Of a DNA stretch of 64,000 nucleotides, positions 20,713 through 31,699 are shown piece after piece. The notes beneath the pieces are model-generated. The model did not search any database, had not been told where the DNA came from, and was given only the letters and a program-made list of their open reading frames with translations. The DNA is from Barthelona sp. PCE (Eukaryota). The DNA lies in assembly GCA_040285745.1 (NCBI GenBank), contig JAUFOR010000002.1:434001-498000 (forward strand). The letters are read 5' to 3'. The number at the start of each line of letters is the position of its first letter. Position 1 is the first letter of the stretch. The translations under genes were made by a program, and so were the position numbers.

Positions 20713-21714
20713 ATGAAATTCTTCGGGCTCCTCATTTTTCTTTTGATTTCCTCGAATTTTTTGTCTGCTAGAGCCACAATCCTAAGTGCAGAAGGTTGTA
20801 CTACTCTTGTTCGCTCAAGACTTCCACAATATGCAGCGTTCTGCAGATATCCTGCTTACCGTACGCATTTGGGAGCTGCAGTTGATCGTGTTTGTGGGGG
20901 AACCGTTAGTGAAGCATGTGTCAAGCGTATAATGAGCGCAAATGGTGGAGATTTAGATCGCGCCATCCCTAGAACAAATAGCATAAGTAATTCAAAGATT
21001 GCAATTGTTGACGGACAAAAGTATACCGAAATTATTACCGAGACAATTGATATTCCTGGGTTAGGTCTTCCCACCGAGGATATTCTTCCTACCAGTCCAA
21101 TTAGAGATGGAACAATGCGCGGCCAACCAGCCTCCATTAGTTTCGGATCAATTGGTCGACAAGCAACTGTTCTTTCAGGTGTTTTTGATCCAGAAACAGC
21201 ACAATTTTGGATGGATTCAGTTTCTCGTCCTCCTGTTCCTGTTTATTCAAATGTCCCCTTTACGTTAACGGAGCTCAACCCCCAAGCAGCATGTCACATG
21301 GACAGAGTCGGTTTCTTCGGGAAGCAAATGGAGGTTTGTCAACCATGGGTTACTTCTTCGGAGAACCCTTCGATTGAGGTTTACATTCCCAACGATGAAG
21401 AGTTTAAGGTATATGGCACTAGTTCAGTCGTGGAGCTTAAGCTAAGATTAGGTGACGTAAATCTTTTATATAGTAATGACAATCATCTTATTAAGTATGA
21501 AAATCCGTTTAAAAAGGTGGGTTTCTTTGGGAGATTCAGATCAATTGCTGTTCCCGCTCATGTACAGTTACATCATATTAATGGTTCAGGAGCTTTTAAA
21601 CATGGCGACATAATTTCATTTTGTCGTGATGGAGAGAGAAGGATTACTATACAAGGATTCTTCCATGCTCCCACGTCTATACAGTGCCCACGTTTCAGGA
21701 TATCTACTGAGTAA
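20713..21714 (+). CDS. Hypothetical secreted protein
   Basis: MKFFGLLIFLLISSNFLSA signal-peptide-like N-terminus; several Cys. Confidence 0.7.
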   Translation: MKFFGLLIFLLISSNFLSARATILSAEGCTTLVRSRLPQYAAFCRYPAYRTHLGAAVDRVCGGTVSEACVKRIMSANGGDLDRAIPRTNSISNSKIAIVDGQKYTEIITETIDIPGLGLPTEDILPTSPIRDGTMRGQPASISFGSIGRQATVLSGVFDPETAQFWMDSVSRPPVPVYSNVPFTLTELNPQAACHMDRVGFFGKQMEVCQPWVTSSENPSIEVYIPNDEEFKVYGTSSVVELKLRLGDVNLLYSNDNHLIKYENPFKKVGFFGRFRSIAVPAHVQLHHINGSGAFKHGDIISFCRDGERRITIQGFFHAPTSIQCPRFRISTE

Positions 21715-21859
21715 GTAAAGTGTTTTTTCGAATGCCTGCAAATTTTCGTTTTAAGTTCCATTTTTGTTTTTGATTTTTTATCTCACTGCAACGTGTATGC
21801 GGGGTCAAGATGCTATGAGTTGATTTGAGCGTTTGTTTTATTGTTTTTCACTTCTTTCA

Positions 21860-22036
21860 ATGCAATCTGTTAATACAAAGACTCCCATTAACGTAGAGGA
21901 CGGGAATTATTTCCAAAAGCACCCTGAAATCCAGGTGGTTCTTCAAGAGTTAATTGCACACATCCTTGATGTGAAACCCACAGATTTCGTCGCACAAGCT
22001 CAGCAGTTTTTAGCGGAGAACAGAGACCAATTTTGA
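21860..22036 (+). CDS. Small RIIa/Dpy-30-type docking domain protein (58 aa)
   Basis: YFQKHPEIQVVLQELIAHILDVKPTDFVAQAQQFL matches the RIIa/Dpy-30 helix pair pattern. Confidence 0.7.
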   Translation: MQSVNTKTPINVEDGNYFQKHPEIQVVLQELIAHILDVKPTDFVAQAQQFLAENRDQF

Positions 22037-22158
22037 GCTTAATTGCTGTACCAAATACACATAAATATAGTACAATCGCAGACCTTTATTCACAATTTTT
22101 GTAAAATTACACACACCCCTTTCACAAATTTCTTGTTGAGTTTTTGGCTGGATAGCAC

Positions 22159-25100
22159 ATGTCTCAGCCCCCCAAACCCAAGAGACAGGGCAAATACACC
22201 CCAGGGGATTTTTCTCATAAACTAGATATTTTGCCACGTTTGGAAGTTAAAGATACAGGGGAAAACGATGCGCAGCTCGATTTTGATTCACACCTTGTGG
22301 CTCAGCAGAATCCCAAATCAAAGAAACGCACTATTTTTGAAACAGAACCGCGCGTTGAAGTAACACGTTCTAGTTCACGACAAGCAGCGCGTATTGTCTC
22401 GGGACAGTCCGCGGAGATGCGCCGTTTGTCGGTAAACTCTAATGAATCGGCTAGACAACTGGTGCTCATCAATCGATCTGTTTGGATTGCCTGTCGTGAG
22501 CCAAGCATCCGTTTATTTGCTCCAAAAACTGGAAAGCAGAAGCACTTGCTTCCTCTACCTGAGGAACGTCTTTATGCGCGAACATTGTGTTCTCATAATG
22601 ATAGAGTAGTCGTTGGTGGTAGTAATGGGTCTGTATATGTCTTCCATCCGCGGACATACAAGCTCCTTGACAGCAGCTCCTTACATAACGCAGTCATTAA
22701 CACAATCTCATCAACACCTCATGGTCTTTTCACTGGATCTCAGGATTGGTCAGTGCGTCTCAGCGATCAGAGCCTCAGGCAGCTGAGAAAGTGGCAATTT
22801 CAGCAGGCTATTCGAGATATTGAGTATTTCGAAACAGATATTGGACCGATGCTTGCAGTTGCTACCAGTGATGGTGAGCTAGTTGTTCATCGAATTCTCA
22901 CACAGTCCTATCCGATTGATATGGAACCAGTGTGGAAGTTTGAGTTTCCTAATCGTAAGGCTGCAGATGTTCTTATGTTTAGGTTACTACGAGCACGTGG
23001 GGCTAATACTCGAAATTCGCTCAATCTTTTGTTTGCAGGAACAGAGTCTGGCAGAATTTATTCATTTGATGCAGTAACAGGTACGAAATTGGGCGATTTT
23101 CACGCTCATAAGGGTAGAGTATTAGTTCTATGTGGTGTCGGCCCGACTGTATGGTCAGGTGGTATGGATTCTGATATCAAGATATGGGATATTGTCACAA
23201 ATGAACTTATTGACACATGTTCAGCCCATAGCGGTTTTGTCTACTCGCTCTGTCGTGTAGGAAATTGTGTGTGGGCAGGTGCTTCGGATAAAACACTGTC
23301 TGTGTGGCGTATCGATAAGCTGTGGCAACCCATCAAGCGTATCTCACGCATGTGGCGTGTAGATGAAGACGTATCACAGTACAAGCTTGATGATGACGAT
23401 ATTTTAAGCATTATTAGTGGAATTTCTGATACAGAAGACGAGGAACCAGAACCACGCATGATAGTTACACCCGAGCCAGCCCCAAGCTCACCCACACTGG
23501 CATTGCCCTCACTAATGGCTCCATCCTCAATTGACGTTGAAGAGATGAAAAGAGTCAAGGATGAGTTGAAGGTAGCGGAAGAGAGGATTGTGGACTTATT
23601 GGAGGAATTAGAAGAAATGAACAAAATTGATCAATTTGAATCACTTTATAATGCAGTGAATGAGAAAATTAAAGATATTCTGCATAAGCTGTACACTCAG
23701 TCAACAATGTATCTTTCTAAATTGGATGATATTTCAACGAACATCGTTATGTCTCATACAGTAAGTGATTATATAGCTCAAATTGTTCAGATGTCTGAGT
23801 CAGCAAGCGAACAACCATTACAAAATTTGGCAAAGGTCCACTTTAGTATTGCATTATTGTTGCAACACGGTGCTTTGTTGCTGGATAAGATTATTAAAGA
23901 GTCGGGAACGGTGAAGGAGAACGAAGAGAAGAGTTTAGTTCAGATGGAAAAGATCGATGCACTCCAGAAATCAGTTGAAATGAATCACCGACTTGAGAAT
24001 GAATTTGCTACTTTAAAAGCGCATGTTGGTGAAGCAACAGAGGTGCTGCTGAACGTAGACACGATAGATGACGTAGACTCTTCCTTTTTGACCCGAGGCA
24101 ACCCCTTTATTGATGTTGTTGATTCGATCAATTCTTCATTCAGGAAGGTAAACACAAAGTATCAGCAGTTGGAGGCCGAAAAGCGTCTTGTCGAGCTTGA
24201 ACGTGACCAGCTTCGTGAGAACGTGTCACACCAGCAACATATAGTCAAGAACCAGCATGAACGCGTTGATGAATTGGAGAAGAAGCTATCTGCTGCTAGT
24301 TTAGAAGTTGCACAGCTCAGTAACGACGCATTACACGACGAAGAGGACCGTGAGTCCCTGTTGGTTGAGATGGCAGAGCTTCAGCTTAAACTCAAACACA
24401 GTAATTATGATGTTGAGACCACAGCCGCCTCAGTTCAGTATATGGCAAGTGAGATAACTACAATGGCCGAGTCTAATGTCTCTTTCATTGAGGAGATTGA
24501 AGATCTCAAGACAGAAATTGGAATGATGAGGAAACCAGTTCCTACGGAATCAATCGGTGTCTTACATGCAATTGAGACACTTGAGAGCTTCACACAGTAT
24601 CAGGCGGCTTCAATCACGCAACTTGAGATGCATGACACAGAGGAAGAGGAGGAGTCGGAAAACGAAGAAGATATGACTTTGATACAAACGCTGTTAGACG
24701 CTAAGGATGGAGAGATCAATTCACTGAGGGCAGAACTGGACAGTATTAAAGATGCTGTTCCGGAGATATCAGCAAAGGAAGTCAGGACACTACAGTTGGA
24801 GTACGATGACGCTTTGGATAGGCTGGCTGCAATGAAGGATAACAACGAACAGTTGAAGGCACAGGCAACTGATAAGAGGAAGCTAGAGAAGGAGGTCCGT
24901 CAGCTTAACAAGAAGGCAGCTTCGCAGAAGACTGTTCTGGATATCCTCAACGCCGAGATCGAGAAACTGCGCACAAGTAATGAGCAGCTACGCAACGACA
25001 AGGGCGGATTACAAACAGCTCAGCGACGTAACGAGGAGGAAATTGCAGTTTTGGAAAAACAACTGGAATTACTGCGCACTAACAGTGAAGTAGGAGAGCA

Positions 25101-28100
25101 GGCGCCGGATACCAACCACGGTGTTATCGGAGTTGATGAAGACGAGTCAATGGACTACGTTCGTGATCTTCTAGAAGCTAAGGATAGCGAGATTGCACAG
25201 CTACGTCAATCTGGAGAGGTTGCGGTTATGGATGGTACAATAGCAACAGTTCTTGGCGAACTTTCAGCCCAAGCTGCGTTATTACATGTTTTTGAGGAGA
25301 GATCACGTAGCGAAACAGATGAAACAGATAACACTGTTTTAGTAATGGAAAACAAACGACTCATGGACCAGCTTGAAGCAGAACGTGCGTTACACAACGA
25401 AACACTTGCGACGATGGATTCGATACACACAAACACTAAAACTGTTGATTTTGATAGTTTACCTCAATTGGTTGAGGCAAACAACATCATCAGCGAGAAG
25501 AACAGTCAGATAAGCGGAATGCATCGTGAGATAAACGCGTTGAAGACCAGATGTTCTCAACTAGAACAGTCCAGTGCGGTCCGTGATGATCAGCAGCGGA
25601 ACGAGGTTGAACATTTCCAAGGCCTCATTGCAAGTTTACGAGCGAACGTTGTTAAGCAAACACAGGATTGCAGCGCACTCAGAGAAGAGAACGGTCAGCT
25701 GAAGCGTGAGGTTGTGCAGCTGAAATCTGATATCTTGGTTAGTAAGATGCGAACTGATGTGTACATGGAGCCAGTTGTTGTAGAAACAAACTTTGTTTCG
25801 TGTCAGACCGACATTTCTTTTGCAGATGACATGGCTCGCGTTGATGCACTGGAGCGCACTGTTGCAATTTTGTCTGATGATTTGAATCGCGTAGAATCCA
25901 TGAGCAATGTACCCAATCAGGATCAAGAGCAACTGTCCACTCTGAAGAGCACACTTTCCGCGACAAAGAAGCTGTTGGAGGAGGCAGAAGACCAGCTGAA
26001 AGATCAGAAGAATATCAAAGCAGAAACAGTTGCGTTTGTCAATGATCGTTATGATGCGCTGCTTGAATCTTCAAAGAATTGCGAAAACACTCTTAGAAAC
26101 AGCCTAGACGATGCAAGACAGAAGAATGTTGATGTTGCATCTGAGCTTTCAAATACAAAGGTGAAGCTTGCTGAAGTTACAAGGGATCACGCACAGCTTG
26201 AGGCTGATCTTGTAGCTTTGAAGAAGAGGCACATGGACGAGCTTGAAGGAGAAGATAGTATCCTTCAGCAACGGCTCGCATCACTTGATTTGGAGTTATC
26301 ATGTGAGAAGAATAAGATTAAGCAATTGGAGTCAGAAAACAGCGAACTTAAAGAGTTGACGGTGCAGCAAATTCAGCAAATTGATGTGCTAAAGCAGCAG
26401 AATGATTCTATGTCTGAGGATATTAAAACATTAGATGAGAGTATAGTCACACTTGAGACCGAATGCAATGATAAAGATGAAATGTTACACACAGTAGACG
26501 ATGCTATGTCAGCAAATGAAAGAATTCGCAAGGATCTTGAAGACGCTTTGGCTGATGTGGGACATTACAAAGATGCATTTGAAAAATTGACTGTTGAGAA
26601 GAAGGAGCTTGAGACAGAGCTTGGTGAAAGTAGTGAGGCAAAGAATGAGCTTGAACTGAAAGTTATTAGATGTGAAGCCGAGATTGACACACTATTACTG
26701 CAGGCTTCCGATGTTCAGACTGATGAGGCCCTTCGTGTTGGAACTCTGGAACAGAGCATTGCCCAGATGCGCCAGGAAATGGACAAGAAACGTGACCGTA
26801 TTGATGAGTTGGTGAAGAGTATACAGGGTGTACAACAGGAGTTGCATGCAGCTGAAATGGCACATATGGTTGCTATTGAAGCACATGAAGCGAGTGTCAA
26901 TGACGCTCAACACGCTTTGCAGACACTTGAACTCGACAGAACTACTTTATCCCGTCAGTTAGCCGAAAAAAACAAGAGAATAGTGGATCTGAGCGAGAAA
27001 CATTCTCGTATTTTAGATGAAGTGAATGCCACAAAGTTCGCAAATGTTCAACGCATTGAAGAATTGGAGGAAGCCACTGAAGATATGAAGATGGAAAATC
27101 ATTCACTATCTCTTGAAAAACAAAGGTTATCAGCACATTTAGATCATTTACAAAAGCAAAATAATGATCTTAAGTCAGAAAACCGTAAAGCAAAGGCGGA
27201 AATTCACAATTGTAATGCTAACTCTGCATCAAAACTTGATGATTTGAATGGAAAGTTGCAAGATATGGAGTATGAATGTAAGGCATTAGAGCAATCAATG
27301 GAGTTTTCAAAGAAGCGAGTAGCAGAACTGGAGGACGGCATTTCACGTCTGAAGGCCTCAGAGTTGAAGAGCATGGGTGTGATTGAAGAACTGACAGCGG
27401 AAAAGTTGTTGTTATCAAGTGAATTGAGTGATGTTAAGGAGAAGTTGTCTTCCAATGAAGCTGATAACGTTGTTAAAACTGGTGAGTTGGAGAACAAATT
27501 GGCTGCTATGACTGCTGAGCTGGAAAAATTGAATGCTATTTTTGACGCAGCTGAGATTGAAAAGCAGAACGCGTGTGAGGCATTGGACAATACTCGCAAG
27601 TTGTTGAGTGCCTCCGATACAGAGGTAGCTCATATGAAAAAACAGAATGAAAAGTTGCAGAAACAGTGTGATACTATAGAATCTCAATGTAATGATCTAC
27701 AGGCTCAAAGTAACATGTTGGAGTTAGAGCGTGATAGTTTGAATACAAAACATGACCAGTTGGAGGTACAAATTGAAAAGTTAAGTGCAGAGCATGACGA
27801 ACTTGTATCAAGTAGCGATAATACTAAAGCAGAATATGAAGAAATATTAGCTAAGTATGATGAACTTCAGGTACTTTGTGACGTTCTTAAGTCTGAACGC
27901 GATGTCCTTCAATTTAACAGTGATAGTATGAAGTTAAAGCAAGATGAGCTGCACGTACAGTACAAAGATTTAATATCAAAACACACAAATCTTGTGGAAG
28001 AAAACAATGGTCTGAAGACACAGATTATGTTAATGAAGTCACAATACGACGAACTACAGATGCAACAAGACAACTTGATGGCAGAAGTAGCTGAAAAGGA

Positions 28101-29793
28101 GGCTGTATTGGAGGTTAACGATAGCAATCTTGTGAGTATGAATGACAAAATCAAGGTAAAGGATGATAGGATAATTGAGTTGCAGGATATGCTAGAACAA
28201 AGCACAATAGCGAGCAGAGATATGAGTGAAATCAATGAAAAGTTAAATGATCTCACTTCTGAAATTTCTGAACGCGATTCAATCATTGCAAATCTTAAGA
28301 GCGAAGCAGATGATGCTCTTTTGAAGTTAGAAGAACGTGACACTGCTATAGAAATTTTGAATAGAACTATTTCGGATCTTGACAAATGTATTGAGGATCT
28401 TAACAAAGATCTAGGCGTAGAGAAGGAACGATTCGAAACAGCCCAGAATGAAGCACAAAGTTCAATTACTTTACTGAAGAAAACGGTCGAAGAGCATAAG
28501 ATTGCTCGTACAGCCTTAGAAATGACAAATGGTACCCTGAATGAACGCAGCAATGATTCTATTGATCAACTAAATGATGCACAGAATATCGTTCGCGAGC
28601 TTGAAAACAGCGTCAAGGATTTGTCATTTCAATTGGAAAATGTTAGCAACGAGAAGTTTACTGATCTGAAGAAATGGGATGAAGAACGCATGAGGTATGT
28701 TGATCAACTGGCTGCATTTTCAGGTTTAATGGGGGAGTTTGAATTATCCATTGATAGCGTGATTTCTGCTACCAACGCACGTGTAGCACGCATAGGCGAA
28801 GGTTTCAGTTTAGCGCTTTCGAGACCTCTGGTTGACGAATCAGCGCTGGATGAGATTCATAAGCAGTTGATTGCAACAGAAGTCCGTGCAAACAGCGCAG
28901 AGCAGAGCAAAGAGGAGAACGATATATTACGGGATGAGCTACGTTTGCTACATTCAATGTACGATAAGAAAACAGATTATATCACTTGCATTGACACTCT
29001 CATGAATGATGTGGTTGGTCTTTTCAACCATCATCAACATATGAGTGCATCACCCTCACCAAAACCTGTTAAAAGAAGTGAAGTTTCGAAGAAAGATGAT
29101 AATGTGCTGCGGGAGTTGATGAAATTGAAGAGCTCAGCTATCAAGGCATTGGGTCCTAAGAGTATCACAAAATCTAGACGCGCACGCTCAGTTTCCCCAA
29201 AGGTTGAGGCTCATCCGCTTTCTAAGTCGCACACGGTCACACCAAGAGGTGAGAACGGTGGTCTCGTTACGCCAATAGAAATGCCATTGATATCGGACAG
29301 CATTGATATTTGTCCTCCTAGCCCCAATCCATCGGGCATGACCTCTCCTGGTAAAAAGACAAATTTGTCTTTTGAATCACCGATATTTGGTGATTTTAAA
29401 CCGTTCTGTGAGGAGGATGTTTCTTCCTTCCCACAGTACAGACAGAAGTTCATGGCTTATGTTAAGAATATGCTTGATAGTGCAGTTTTACATTTCGAAT
29501 CAAGCAGTGAAATTTTGAATCCTGAATATGTTGAAGAACGATTTACAAGAATTAAGAAGTGTCATAGCGAGAAGCAATCATTATTATTGGACGCCATCGA
29601 GCGAAGCAATCTGAAAATTAACAATATTCAGAAGATTACCAACCTCAAAGATGAAGAAATATGGAGACTTAAGAAGTTACTTAAAATAGTCTCAAAACCA
29701 GAAGTGATACATGAAAATAAGAATTCTATCCTACTTCGTGCACAGAACAAAGCTCTCAAGAAACAGATAGTTAACTTAAAATTGAATGAATAA
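22159..29793 (+). CDS. Giant WD40-repeat plus coiled-coil protein (2544 aa)
   Basis: WD repeats (WSGGMDSDIKIWD, WAGASDKTLSVWR) in the first ~390 aa, then ~1900 aa of heptad-rich E/K/L sequence. Confidence 0.85.
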   Translation: MSQPPKPKRQGKYTPGDFSHKLDILPRLEVKDTGENDAQLDFDSHLVAQQNPKSKKRTIFETEPRVEVTRSSSRQAARIVSGQSAEMRRLSVNSNESARQLVLINRSVWIACREPSIRLFAPKTGKQKHLLPLPEERLYARTLCSHNDRVVVGGSNGSVYVFHPRTYKLLDSSSLHNAVINTISSTPHGLFTGSQDWSVRLSDQSLRQLRKWQFQQAIRDIEYFETDIGPMLAVATSDGELVVHRILTQSYPIDMEPVWKFEFPNRKAADVLMFRLLRARGANTRNSLNLLFAGTESGRIYSFDAVTGTKLGDFHAHKGRVLVLCGVGPTVWSGGMDSDIKIWDIVTNELIDTCSAHSGFVYSLCRVGNCVWAGASDKTLSVWRIDKLWQPIKRISRMWRVDEDVSQYKLDDDDILSIISGISDTEDEEPEPRMIVTPEPAPSSPTLALPSLMAPSSIDVEEMKRVKDELKVAEERIVDLLEELEEMNKIDQFESLYNAVNEKIKDILHKLYTQSTMYLSKLDDISTNIVMSHTVSDYIAQIVQMSESASEQPLQNLAKVHFSIALLLQHGALLLDKIIKESGTVKENEEKSLVQMEKIDALQKSVEMNHRLENEFATLKAHVGEATEVLLNVDTIDDVDSSFLTRGNPFIDVVDSINSSFRKVNTKYQQLEAEKRLVELERDQLRENVSHQQHIVKNQHERVDELEKKLSAASLEVAQLSNDALHDEEDRESLLVEMAELQLKLKHSNYDVETTAASVQYMASEITTMAESNVSFIEEIEDLKTEIGMMRKPVPTESIGVLHAIETLESFTQYQAASITQLEMHDTEEEEESENEEDMTLIQTLLDAKDGEINSLRAELDSIKDAVPEISAKEVRTLQLEYDDALDRLAAMKDNNEQLKAQATDKRKLEKEVRQLNKKAASQKTVLDILNAEIEKLRTSNEQLRNDKGGLQTAQRRNEEEIAVLEKQLELLRTNSEVGEQAPDTNHGVIGVDEDESMDYVRDLLEAKDSEIAQLRQSGEVAVMDGTIATVLGELSAQAALLHVFEERSRSETDETDNTVLVMENKRLMDQLEAERALHNETLATMDSIHTNTKTVDFDSLPQLVEANNIISEKNSQISGMHREINALKTRCSQLEQSSAVRDDQQRNEVEHFQGLIASLRANVVKQTQDCSALREENGQLKREVVQLKSDILVSKMRTDVYMEPVVVETNFVSCQTDISFADDMARVDALERTVAILSDDLNRVESMSNVPNQDQEQLSTLKSTLSATKKLLEEAEDQLKDQKNIKAETVAFVNDRYDALLESSKNCENTLRNSLDDARQKNVDVASELSNTKVKLAEVTRDHAQLEADLVALKKRHMDELEGEDSILQQRLASLDLELSCEKNKIKQLESENSELKELTVQQIQQIDVLKQQNDSMSEDIKTLDESIVTLETECNDKDEMLHTVDDAMSANERIRKDLEDALADVGHYKDAFEKLTVEKKELETELGESSEAKNELELKVIRCEAEIDTLLLQASDVQTDEALRVGTLEQSIAQMRQEMDKKRDRIDELVKSIQGVQQELHAAEMAHMVAIEAHEASVNDAQHALQTLELDRTTLSRQLAEKNKRIVDLSEKHSRILDEVNATKFANVQRIEELEEATEDMKMENHSLSLEKQRLSAHLDHLQKQNNDLKSENRKAKAEIHNCNANSASKLDDLNGKLQDMEYECKALEQSMEFSKKRVAELEDGISRLKASELKSMGVIEELTAEKLLLSSELSDVKEKLSSNEADNVVKTGELENKLAAMTAELEKLNAIFDAAEIEKQNACEALDNTRKLLSASDTEVAHMKKQNEKLQKQCDTIESQCNDLQAQSNMLELERDSLNTKHDQLEVQIEKLSAEHDELVSSSDNTKAEYEEILAKYDELQVLCDVLKSERDVLQFNSDSMKLKQDELHVQYKDLISKHTNLVEENNGLKTQIMLMKSQYDELQMQQDNLMAEVAEKEAVLEVNDSNLVSMNDKIKVKDDRIIELQDMLEQSTIASRDMSEINEKLNDLTSEISERDSIIANLKSEADDALLKLEERDTAIEILNRTISDLDKCIEDLNKDLGVEKERFETAQNEAQSSITLLKKTVEEHKIARTALEMTNGTLNERSNDSIDQLNDAQNIVRELENSVKDLSFQLENVSNEKFTDLKKWDEERMRYVDQLAAFSGLMGEFELSIDSVISATNARVARIGEGFSLALSRPLVDESALDEIHKQLIATEVRANSAEQSKEENDILRDELRLLHSMYDKKTDYITCIDTLMNDVVGLFNHHQHMSASPSPKPVKRSEVSKKDDNVLRELMKLKSSAIKALGPKSITKSRRARSVSPKVEAHPLSKSHTVTPRGENGGLVTPIEMPLISDSIDICPPSPNPSGMTSPGKKTNLSFESPIFGDFKPFCEEDVSSFPQYRQKFMAYVKNMLDSAVLHFESSSEILNPEYVEERFTRIKKCHSEKQSLLLDAIERSNLKINNIQKITNLKDEEIWRLKKLLKIVSKPEVIHENKNSILLRAQNKALKKQIVNLKLNE

Positions 29794-29817
29794 ATTAAAT
29801 ATTAATTAGATAAAAGA

Positions 29818-30981
29818 TTACCTTTTTGCCTTGGCTTTTGCACGTCTCTTACCTTTACCTTTACCCTTACCCTTTGTTCGGCGTGCTACATCGTCTTGAT
29901 GTGCTTTAACAACTTCAAAAGGTAACTCATCCATAAAGTTAAACAATCTCCATTTTTCACCATAAATATTTCTTCTTGCCTTCTTGAATTCTTCATATTC
30001 CTTAACATACAGAGGCACCGTATTGGTCTGAGAAGCTTCCTTTCTGTACATATGCTTCATTGATTGCTGCTGTTGATAGACTTGGGCAAGTCCCAATTGT
30101 TTGAGTTCAAGTTTTTTGGTATTTTGCTCGACCAAATGCATATTTTTCTTTTTCTTCTTCTTTTGACTTTCCTGTTTATCTCTTTTTTGTTCTAAATTAT
30201 GCACATCAACACAATGTTGAAGGAATGCTTCGTCCATTTTCGTAAACTCTATGAACCTTTGGTATCCTGGCATCATTGATTGAACTTCCGAATAAGCCTC
30301 TTGTTTCAATTCTGACAGATCACTCAATAATTGTTCCATACGTTCAACTACACTATCCAATTCTCGCTCTTTTTCAGGGGTGAGATGAAACTTTGCCGGC
30401 ATCAGTTCATTAGGAAAAGAATGTTGTTTCTGTAACCAATTAAAATCATTATGATTCGGCATTCTCCAAAAGTCAGTTGTTGAAATTGAATTCCAAAAAT
30501 TTGTATACTTCTGATCCTTTTTAGGAGCCTGCTGCCGTACAGAAGCACGCGCTGAGTTGAATTTACGTTTCTTCATGATTATATCATCACAATCATCATT
30601 GATATTGATTAGTTGTGCTATTAATCTGTTCGAGACTTCTTCTTCTCGTTCTAATTTGGCTCTGAGCTTCTTCAGCTCGTCGACTGGCAGTAGATATTTG
30701 ACAGTCAGATCAGTGTTATCGTTAACAATTGGTTCCTCACTCAAACTGTGAATGTGTAACACCTGCTGAGAAATTGAGGTAATAGTTGTTATGGGGTTGA
30801 TCAAACTACCCAGGGTGAGGGATTCCCAGTCTGCATCATCTATAGAAGCCCTTTGTGGAATGCCCTTCTCTTTTTCGTCAAACGTACGGCTTCTGTTCTG
30901 TATCAAGGGTGTATCTGATGATGATAAATTAAGCTTACCCCGCCTACTACCGAAATTTAAAGGCGGCGTAGGTGTTTGCAT
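29818..30981 (-). CDS. Hypothetical nuclear coiled-coil protein (weak resemblance to ADA3/NGG1)
   Basis: 387-aa ORF with basic NLS-like tracts; NFWNSI...FW...DFNWL loosely recalls ADA3, which is speculative. Confidence 0.6.
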   Translation of the reverse strand: MQTPTPPLNFGSRRGKLNLSSSDTPLIQNRSRTFDEKEKGIPQRASIDDADWESLTLGSLINPITTITSISQQVLHIHSLSEEPIVNDNTDLTVKYLLPVDELKKLRAKLEREEEVSNRLIAQLININDDCDDIIMKKRKFNSARASVRQQAPKKDQKYTNFWNSISTTDFWRMPNHNDFNWLQKQHSFPNELMPAKFHLTPEKERELDSVVERMEQLLSDLSELKQEAYSEVQSMMPGYQRFIEFTKMDEAFLQHCVDVHNLEQKRDKQESQKKKKKKNMHLVEQNTKKLELKQLGLAQVYQQQQSMKHMYRKEASQTNTVPLYVKEYEEFKKARRNIYGEKWRLFNFMDELPFEVVKAHQDDVARRTKGKGKGKGKRRAKAKAKR

Positions 30982-31145
30982 TGAAAAAAGGCGATAATAC
31001 GCTAAACATATGTTTCTGATGTATTAAGTTGATGAATTGCTGTTATAATGCGTATTTGCCACCATATCGATGAGCATTCAGTGGCATAAACTTCTTCTGG
31101 TATTGTTTTGCTTTTTTCACTTCATATATTTTCTGTTTTTTGAGC

Positions 31146-31622
31146 ATGCAGGGATTTAGCATACGGGAATGTAGATACGAGGACCTCGACCGCATTCAGA
31201 ACTGTAATTTGTGGTGTCTTCCAGAGAACTACACCAACCATTTTTACGTATATGAGTTTTTGACATCAAAACCGACTATTTTTGTAGCAGAAGTTGGAGA
31301 AGAGATTGTGGGGTATTGTTTAGGTAAAATAGATTCACATGAAGCTACAAAAACCACACCACATCATTACAGCGGATTAATTACGAGTGTTTCCGTTAAA
31401 CCAACATTCAGGGGATTGGGTATTGCTAAGAACCTGATGATCTGCAGCATGAAGGCATTCAGAGAACTGCAATGTAGTTATATTCAGTTGCATGTTCGAG
31501 AAAGTAATGTAATTGCTCAAGATATGTACAAAAATCTTGGTTTTGTTATTCATCAAGTAGAAAACAAGTACTATCACGATAAGGAAACTGCCTACGAGAT
31601 GAGAATTGAGTTAACTGAGTAA
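31146..31622 (+). CDS. NAA10: N-terminal acetyltransferase catalytic subunit (NatA, ARD1)
   Basis: QNCNLWCLPENY, IVGYCLGKI, ITSVSV...RGLGIA, LHVRESN, YYHDKETAY. Confidence 0.88.
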   Translation: MQGFSIRECRYEDLDRIQNCNLWCLPENYTNHFYVYEFLTSKPTIFVAEVGEEIVGYCLGKIDSHEATKTTPHHYSGLITSVSVKPTFRGLGIAKNLMICSMKAFRELQCSYIQLHVRESNVIAQDMYKNLGFVIHQVENKYYHDKETAYEMRIELTE

Positions 31623-31699
31623 ATTGAATTGTTATTATTTTTTTATCCATTATCACATTTTAAGCGAATTGTTTTTATTCGCTTTATAATTGCATAAAT

